Shown: positions 57,001-64,000 of the stretch, in pieces | How the letters are laid out: every line of letters begins with the position of its first letter | Position numbering within the stretch: position 1 is the first letter of the stretch | From: Macrostomum hystrix | Taxonomy: Eukaryota; Animalia; Platyhelminthes | Reading direction: 5' to 3' | DNA: 64,000 nt | Assembly: GCA_950097015.1 (NCBI GenBank) | Contig: CATNEN010000037.1 | Location: 1-64,000 of the forward strand | Position numbers and translations under genes: made by a program | The notes under the pieces: generated by a model | Databases searched by the model: none | Told to the model about the DNA's origin: nothing | The model's input: only the letters and a program-made list of their open reading frames with translations

Positions 57001-60000
57001 GTTGCTGGGTCTAGGTAGATGTAATTCTTGATAGTAGCAGTGGCATCGCCTCCCGGAACTGACACGAGGTCGCAGAAGTATGGCGGTCGGAACGGGGGCT
57101 TCGTAGTGTCGACTATAGATACTGAAATCGGCAAACGACTGCCAATACTCAGCACTGCGGAGACACTGATGGAGATTGTGGCGGGGCTGTAGGAAGCGGA
57201 GTCATTGTTTCGCAGAATTCGCAAGGAAAACACTGAAGTTAGAGCCGGAGATTCTGCTACGTCGCAATTGAATGTGAAAGCAATCGAAAAGTTTGCCCAG
57301 CCCTCTAGACTGCGGTCTTCAGTCAATGATCGGGCAACTTGGACGTCAAAAGACTGATAAGGACAACCGGAGCCGGTGCCGCAATCAAGGCTTGGTCGCT
57401 TAGTAATCTTGAAAAAGCTTACTGCCAGGGTACTGCCCACAATGCTTGCTGAGTAACTTGACATGAGAGAGTTGCGTACTGCATCACTAGTCCCGTTTAG
57501 TTGGTCATTGTAGATTGTGACCGAGAATGCAGTTGTGTTCACCGGAACAGTCTCCCAGAGGCCGTCTAGTGGATTGGTTGGGCTAGAAAGCAGCTGGGCA
57601 GAAGGAAGAATCACTCGTGGTGGCAAGGTGATGTTGTAGTTTGAAATCGTCACTCGAACCAAACCAAGACCCTGCTCCGTCCTGCCGTATTGGTCCTTGA
57701 CAGAAAGGACGGCGCCAGAAAAGCCGTCCCATCCCTTCAAACTAGCCAGGACAGTAACATCACCTGTGATAGGATTGACGCTAAAATGAGTGCCAAAGTC
57801 GGCATCAGCGCTGCTAATAGAGAATGTGAGTATCGTCCCCGACACCCGACTGATATTTAGGTCGGTTCCGGCCAAGACAACCGAGCCTGCAGGTAGGCTT
57901 GGACAGATTTGCCGGTTGTACAGATTCTGGAGTACAACTGGACCAGTGAAGTTGCGTTCGACTTCCAGACCCACTACTAGTGTTGTCACACTGTCGGGTC
58001 TGAAGCTGTCGTAGACACCCACAATGATCTGAAATTAATTTTTCTTACAATTTTACTTTTTCTTCTTTATTGTCTCGCATAATTTTGGAAATTATGACTT
58101 TTGTCAAACTTACGTAGTACGTTCCTCGCCTGTCGACGTCCTTGTACAAAAGATCGCGTACTGTTATATATCCTGTGCTGTTCACCGCAAAAAATGTTTC
58201 TGCAGGATACAGGCCTCGGATGGTGTAGACCAGGCTGCCGCGGAGATCAGCGTCTGTCACGTTCAAAAATAGGACCACACTGCCGATCGGGGCGTTCTCA
58301 GATATCTTCGCGGTGTAGTTGGCTCGAGGTGACGTCGGTGGGCTGAGATCTCGGGTCACGTTAACGTTAAGTTCAAAATAGACAATCCTCGGCGGAAAAC
58401 GGCCATCAGAAACGGATACATTGAGCTAAAATATGTTTTAGCGAAATAAAAACCTGATATTGCCTGATGTTAGTGTCAATGGTATTTTCCTAGCAACTTT
58501 AGACATTTTCATTACCGAGTAGCTAAGCTCTGTTCGGGTCCGCACGCTTTGACGCAAAGACACCTCGCCGCTGACTGGGTCGATGTAAAACACGTCGCTC
58601 CAGCTGAGCAAAGAAAAGATGAGTCTATCTCCATCTGCATCAGTAGCGTTCGCCTTGTAGAAAACGACGCCGACCGTCTGCGCTTGATCAATAGTCACCG
58701 ACCCGGTTGTCAGGTTTCCACGAATAACGGGTGGGTTGGCATTGCGAATCACGGAGATTGTCAGCGTGCCAGTTGAGGACCCTCGAACCGACGGGCTGAG
58801 ATCATTGTCGTAAGCATTCAGCACAAGATTGTACACCAGGTTGCTGTCGAGCTCCAGAGATCGGCTTAGCGTTACTTCTCCTGTTGCGTTGTTCACTTGG
58901 AAGAATGATGGCGCAGGTACATTTCCGGCAACCACGTACCTGATGCTGGCCTAAGAATTATGAGGCATTCAAGCATGCGCATTTTATATTTAAGCAGCAC
59001 GTTTAAACAAAAGTATTTATGTCGACTTATTTTAACAGTGCAATATGTTTTTGTTCTGAATTCCGAGTTGAAGTTGCGTGTAAACAGTTTTGAAGTGGTC
59101 CTGGATACTCTTCGGATGTTTATTTAAAGTGTACTGGATAGCTTTTCGAAAGTGAATAGACATAAATTTGTGAAAATATTTTAGATCGTCCTGATCCAAG
59201 TCTATCTATCGTCCTGAGGTTTCACTATGATTTTTAGGAAGCATGTGACAACGTGTTAGTACCACTTTTAGAACTTTTTAATATGGTTACAACTATTACA
59301 CTGTTCTGCTAAAGGAGTGCGTGTAAATGATTTAGTGATAAAGATAATCTTTAGGCCCGTTTTCGGTGTTCGTGCAATACTATTAATTAGTGTGTGCAAG
59401 GTAAAATACTTATACTGTGCGAAAAGTTACATGTCTAGTATGTACGAGCTAAAAAGGACTTGAATTATGGTTTTTAATTCACTTTATCATGGGGAGAAAA
59501 ATACAAATTGCATATTTACCGATACCTACAAAGCAAGACAGAAATATCGATATATTATGTTCATTTAATTCAAAATATCAAGGAAAATGATATTTATAGA
59601 AAGGCTACTCACAGAAGTTTTCAAGTTTAACGTTGCAACAACGGTAAATATGACGTCACCCACAGTCCGGAACGCTGTCATGTTGACATAGTTTGGCAGG
59701 TTGGTGAATCTCGGGATGCTAGTTGAATTGTCTATTGTCACAGAGAAACTAACTGGAGCGCTGCACAGTTGCACCAGATTAGTGTCGCAGGCGGTTACCA
59801 CTGCAGTAATTGAACCTGATGAACCCACCAAGGGCTGCTTAAGATAAATGATGCCCGTTATTGGGTCCAAGTATAGTCGTCCAGATGCATCCGACATGTT
59901 GAACTGTATCGTATCCTGAATCGAGAAATTGTCGGTTAAAAGTACACATTTTTAAGAGGAGAAACAAATAAAATAAACGAAAGAATGTTTAAGCAGTCTT

Positions 60001-63000
60001 TACTTACTCCTGAAGGATCACTCGCGTTCACCCTGAACAGCACGGAGCCCAGTGCAAGTTCAATGCTAACTGTCGCTGTGCTGTTAGTGTTGTAAATCAC
60101 AGGTCGATCTTTATTGTGCGAGACGGTAACGTTAATAAATCCAGTGCCAACGACTTCTGGGAACAGCGTGTTGTAGGCCGTCACTTGCAGCTAAAAATGA
60201 TAAACTGAGGTGTCTTGTGAGCGAATCGTATGGAGGACGCTATTTATTCGCTTTAGCGTCTAATCATATAGTACTAAAATTACTTTCAAGTATGTTATAT
60301 GCTCAGTAAAAAGTTTTTTAATTCAAACTTCATTGCTTTTTGAACTAGTACGTCATAGCGACAAGCATGGCTTACCGACAAGGAAGGTAAATTGAGAGTG
60401 GAAACCCGGTCAAGCTGACGAATTAGTCTGATGGCGCCCGTAACCTCGTCGATTTCAAAGAAGGCATTAGCAGGATAAACGCCAACAAGTCGGTAGCGAA
60501 GCTGACCCACCGTGTCGCTCATTGTTGCATTTACGGAGAGGCCAGTATTGGCCGGTAGAGAGAGGAAGCTGTAGTTGTAGGAGTTCAGCGTCGCCGCAAT
60601 TGTCTGAGGGTGGAACACAATTGCACCGGCGCTGCTGATAATGCTTAGCGAGACCAGGCTCTCAGCCAATTTCGGTATTGTTCCGCTGTCGGTCGCCACT
60701 AGAGTGATATTAACTTTGGCAGGCAGGCTGGTTAGATTACCAATCAAGTACAGCCCTCCCGTCACAGGGTTCACATAGAGAGTTGTACTCAAGCTAGCCT
60801 CTTTTATCGAGTAGCGAACGGTATCGCCTGCGTCGGAGTCGTTTGCGACCGCCGTTAGAAGCAGCGAGCCAATCCTTGCATTCACCAGGATGTCTATTGA
60901 TCTGCTGCTGGGATAAAACACGGGCGCGTTGGGATTTCTATCCACAGAGATGACAATGGCCTGGTCGGTGTATTTTCCGGAAGTGGTCTCCTTGACCCGA
61001 ACTACGACTGTGTAGTTGACAGTTGTGTCACTCATCAGGCTAGATTTTACGATTATAAGGCCGGTTGTCGAGTTAACGTTAAAGAAGATATTTGACGGCG
61101 GGTTGCCAACGAGTTCATACGTGAGGCCACCGGACTGAAATCAAAAGCAGAAAATTTAGGATATTAAGGTGTCAAGCTATTAAATTATTGAAGTGCTTAG
61201 ACTGCGTTGGATTTCTTACCGTTCCGTTTGTATCCGGGTCGAAGGCGACCACCCCACCCACAACAGTTCCAGTTGGAGTTTTCTCGCTAATGTTTACAAG
61301 CGTCCTAGTAGCATTCATATTGATTACAGGAGCCGATAGATCTCGGGCGATGGTAATTTGCGCAGTCACTGATGTTGACTTTGGTGTTGGAGTGCCATTG
61401 TCAGTTGCCGTGACGGTAATATTTAGAGTAGATGCGAATAGGCTTAGCAAACTAGCCTTGACCATCAGAGCTCCACTTGATGGGTCTAAATAGAGGTAAG
61501 TGGTCGCGTCCACAGAGCCATTCAAGGAGTAGACGATTGCGTTTCCATCGAGATCCGTTGCAGTAAATTTATAAGCCAAGGAGCCGAGGTCCACCCTTTC
61601 GTTTACTCTGACAGAGACGCTGTCAGTGCTAGGCTGAGTAAACACTGGCGCATTTAAGTTCCTGTTCACCAAAACTCGTATCACTGTGGTGTTTCCATTC
61701 TCTGGATAGTCTGGCGTATAAGCCTTCACTTCCAGGTCGTAAAAGGTCCGCGTGTCCCCGATGAGCGATTGATTAACCGTTATTCTACCAGACACTTGAT
61801 CGATCTTAAAGTAAGTGGTTGCAGTGTCCCTTCCGGTCAGCATGTAGAAAACTGTTCCATTACCCGGACCGGATGCATCTCCGTCTACAGCCTTTACTGT
61901 TGTCACGGTTGCACCCACGGATGAATTGCTGGAAATTGATACCGGCGATGTTGGATTCGGGGAGAATACGGTTACTGAGGCATCGCGTCGGATGCTAACT
62001 GTCAGGTTGAGTAAGGCTGTGTTTGGAGTCGGCTGTAGACTGTCCGTGACTTGAACTGACAAGTTGAAAAGGCTGATGCCAGTTGCTGTTAGGACCTGCT
62101 TGATGCGAATGTCGCCAGTGAGAGGGTCGATGAAGAAAAAGTCAGTGGTGGATGCGTCGCCTAGCAGCCTGTACTGAATTGTGCCGATCCCGGCCGTCTG
62201 GCTGACGCGGATTGAGGCATTGATGGACGAACCCAGGGCCGCTTTTTCCCAGACAGAAATTGAGCTCGTCCCGCCAATCGGGCTAGCAATGCTAAGTGAG
62301 CCAGGACTCCACTCAACATTAAGTGAAAAAGTGCGTTGATAGACCTGCTTCGGATAATATGAATCATAGACTTGAACTTGAATCTGCAATGCGGCAATAG
62401 AAAACTAGTTTTTATTAAACCGAATGTTTAGTATACGGTTGCATAAACAAACAAATAAGTAGGAAGCATACCAGGTAAGTAGAAAGTTTCAATGGATTGT
62501 CCGAAAACGATCTAGACGTAATAACAGTTGCCAAAGAGCCGTTCACAGAGAGGTTGAAGAGAAAGTTCGATGGGTAGGCTCCAATTATTGAGAAAACTGG
62601 CGGTCCTCGAAACGAGTCATTGCCAAGAACCATGCCGACGGTCACGCCTGCAGCACTCAGACTGGTAACATTTACTGTTCCGAAGCTTGTCTCACTTGCA
62701 GGGCGTCCGTTGATGGACAAAAACGGAGACCCGGAATCCCTGACCACGGTTAGAGTGATGTAGTGCTGCGCTTGCCAACGAGAATCCTTCGCTTCAACGA
62801 CGAACTAAATTTAATGAGCGGATTTTTTCGTAATAGGCAAAGTATTACAAAAGATACATGTTTACGCCTGAGCTTGTTTTTATTCATGTATTGCTTCGAT
62901 TTCTGGACTGATTACTTACTGTCAAACTAGTGAAAGCTGCCGGAGCTGTCAGCAGCTTTTTTACGGCTAGAAGGCCATGCAACGGATCCATGTAGAAGTA

Positions 63001-63970
63001 CTCATTAAGTGTAGTCAGATTCGAAGAGCTCACAATGCTGAACTGGATTGGGTCCTGTAAAGGCATACAATTTTGTCATTCAAAGAAGCGCGTACGAAAT
63101 AAGAAATCAGACATTAATAAATATCTATGGAAAGGTACTCCGCGACTTACATAAGCATCGGGAGCTGAAACATTGAACGAGCAGCAGAAAATGTAACCGA
63201 TGTCAACGACTTCATCCAGCGAGATAGTCAGGTTCTGTTGCGTTAGCTGCACTGGCCGGGCCACTCGAGAAATGTTAACATAAACCATCGCCATCGGAGA
63301 GCTCGATTGAGATGGGTAGCCGCCATCGACTGCGTTGACCAGCATAGTGACATTGGTGACTGCGTATGTCAAGCCAGTGAGAACTCGGTTCAGTGCTAGA
63401 GCTCCCGTAGCTGAGTTCACAGAGAAAAACGCAGCTGCTTCCGCCGGTTGCACACTGAAAATCGAATATGAAATGACATTGTTCGGCGCAATCGGGTCCG
63501 CGTCGGTGGCACTGACCGAGGTTGACAGGCTTCCGGCCGCTTGGCGCTCGTTAGCGTTAATGAAATAGGTAGTCGGAGCGAAGACCGGTGCTTGCAGGCT
63601 GCGGTAGACATTCACAGTCAGAATTGTGACATTTGTTTTCGGCACAAAACCCCCGTCGGCAATCCGAACTCGCAGCTGCAATAGATAGGACAGTAAAAAT
63701 GTATGGTAAAAATCACAAGTGGCAGATGACATTGTATGAATTTTAGAAGCACTTACGGAAAAGACTGTCTGTGTTGTTGTGTTTAGGTTTCCAATGACAG
63801 TAACAACTCCACTGGAAGGACTGATAGCAAAGAAATTGGTTGCCAGATCGTCTCCAATCAGGGAGTAGGTGATCGTGTTGAATGGCACAACTGTATCGTC
63901 GTCTCTAGCCAGGATTTGAGTCACAGAGCTAGTTGCCAATGCCAGATACGTAATGCTCACATTTGTTGGG
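42064..63970 (-). CDS. Giant cadherin-related protein (5' partial): about 41 EC repeats, PCDH15-like membrane-adjacent domain, TM helix, PDZ-binding tail
   Basis: Dozens of GT-AG exons encode cadherin repeats (xPxF...ISEN...ATDAD...Y...F-IxxxTG). TM VWAALIAIAAFIILMCIIVIVYCLV at about 42437-42511. The tail ends KTAF* at 42064. The first exon in the window starts at 63970 after an acceptor, so the gene continues beyond the window. Confidence 0.92.
43700..44045 (+). mobile_element. tRNA-derived SINE family B, copy 4 (cadherin intron)
   Basis: Matches the family B body (ctcgcaccaagg, gtgcaatttacgc, gctcaggagtcagcggaatggg). Confidence 0.8.
44778..44783 (-). other. Candidate 6-nt microexon (GCTCAG) of the giant cadherin
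   Basis: Minus strand: branch-like gctaat, pyrimidine tract, ctcctgctag|GCTCAG|gtaagc. Phase 1-1. Confidence 0.7.
44945..44950 (-). other. Candidate 6-nt microexon (CATCCG) of the giant cadherin
   Basis: Minus strand: ccacccctctccattttccttgctgcag|CATCCG|gtaagc. Phase 1-1. Confidence 0.7.
54468..54752 (-). mobile_element. tRNA-derived SINE family B, copy 5 (cadherin intron)
   Basis: The reverse complement matches family B, with an internal deletion. Confidence 0.8.
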
Positions 63971-64000
63971 CTATTAGGCAAAAAGAATGGATTATAAAGG

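Noticed and set aside
56505-58022. 505-aa ORF as an independent gene
   Set aside because: It is a large internal exon of the giant cadherin plus intron read-through. The other mid-size minus-strand ORFs from 42 to 64 kb are likewise exons of the same gene, and the + strand ORFs there are antisense shadows.

Overview
This is eukaryotic (animal) genomic DNA, with GC-rich exons, AT-rich spacers, many ~80-nt GT-AG introns, minisatellite-filled introns and tRNA-derived SINEs. The style suggests a free-living flatworm such as Macrostomum (inference, not verified). Plus strand: 3' end of a probable homeobox gene, FAM183/CFAP144, DNA polymerase alpha subunit B (POLA2), ATG13, queuosine salvage enzyme QNG1/C9orf64, profilin-4-like, a variant tRNA-His(GTG), a divergent EndoU nuclease, a tandem DUF1330 protein and an orphan membrane protein. 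Minus strand: an intronless CK1-family pseudokinase, a class A GPCR, and the 3' ~22 kb of a giant cadherin. By my manual count the cadherin has about 41 EC repeats in the window; it also has a PCDH15-type membrane-adjacent domain, a TM helix and a PDZ-binding tail. Mobile DNA: an 823-bp solo LTR with a 4-bp TSD inside a minisatellite, a composite TIR element (8-bp TSD, CATAG ends) enclosing a Tc1/IS630-like remnant, two SINE families, and hAT and tyrosine-recombinase fossils. No CRISPR or prokaryotic system is supported. The most notable items are the giant cadherin (RNxxxP linkers replacing DxNDN, plus double furin sites followed by two 6-nt microexons) and the composite transposon. All homology calls come from motif recognition by eye; no database search was run.
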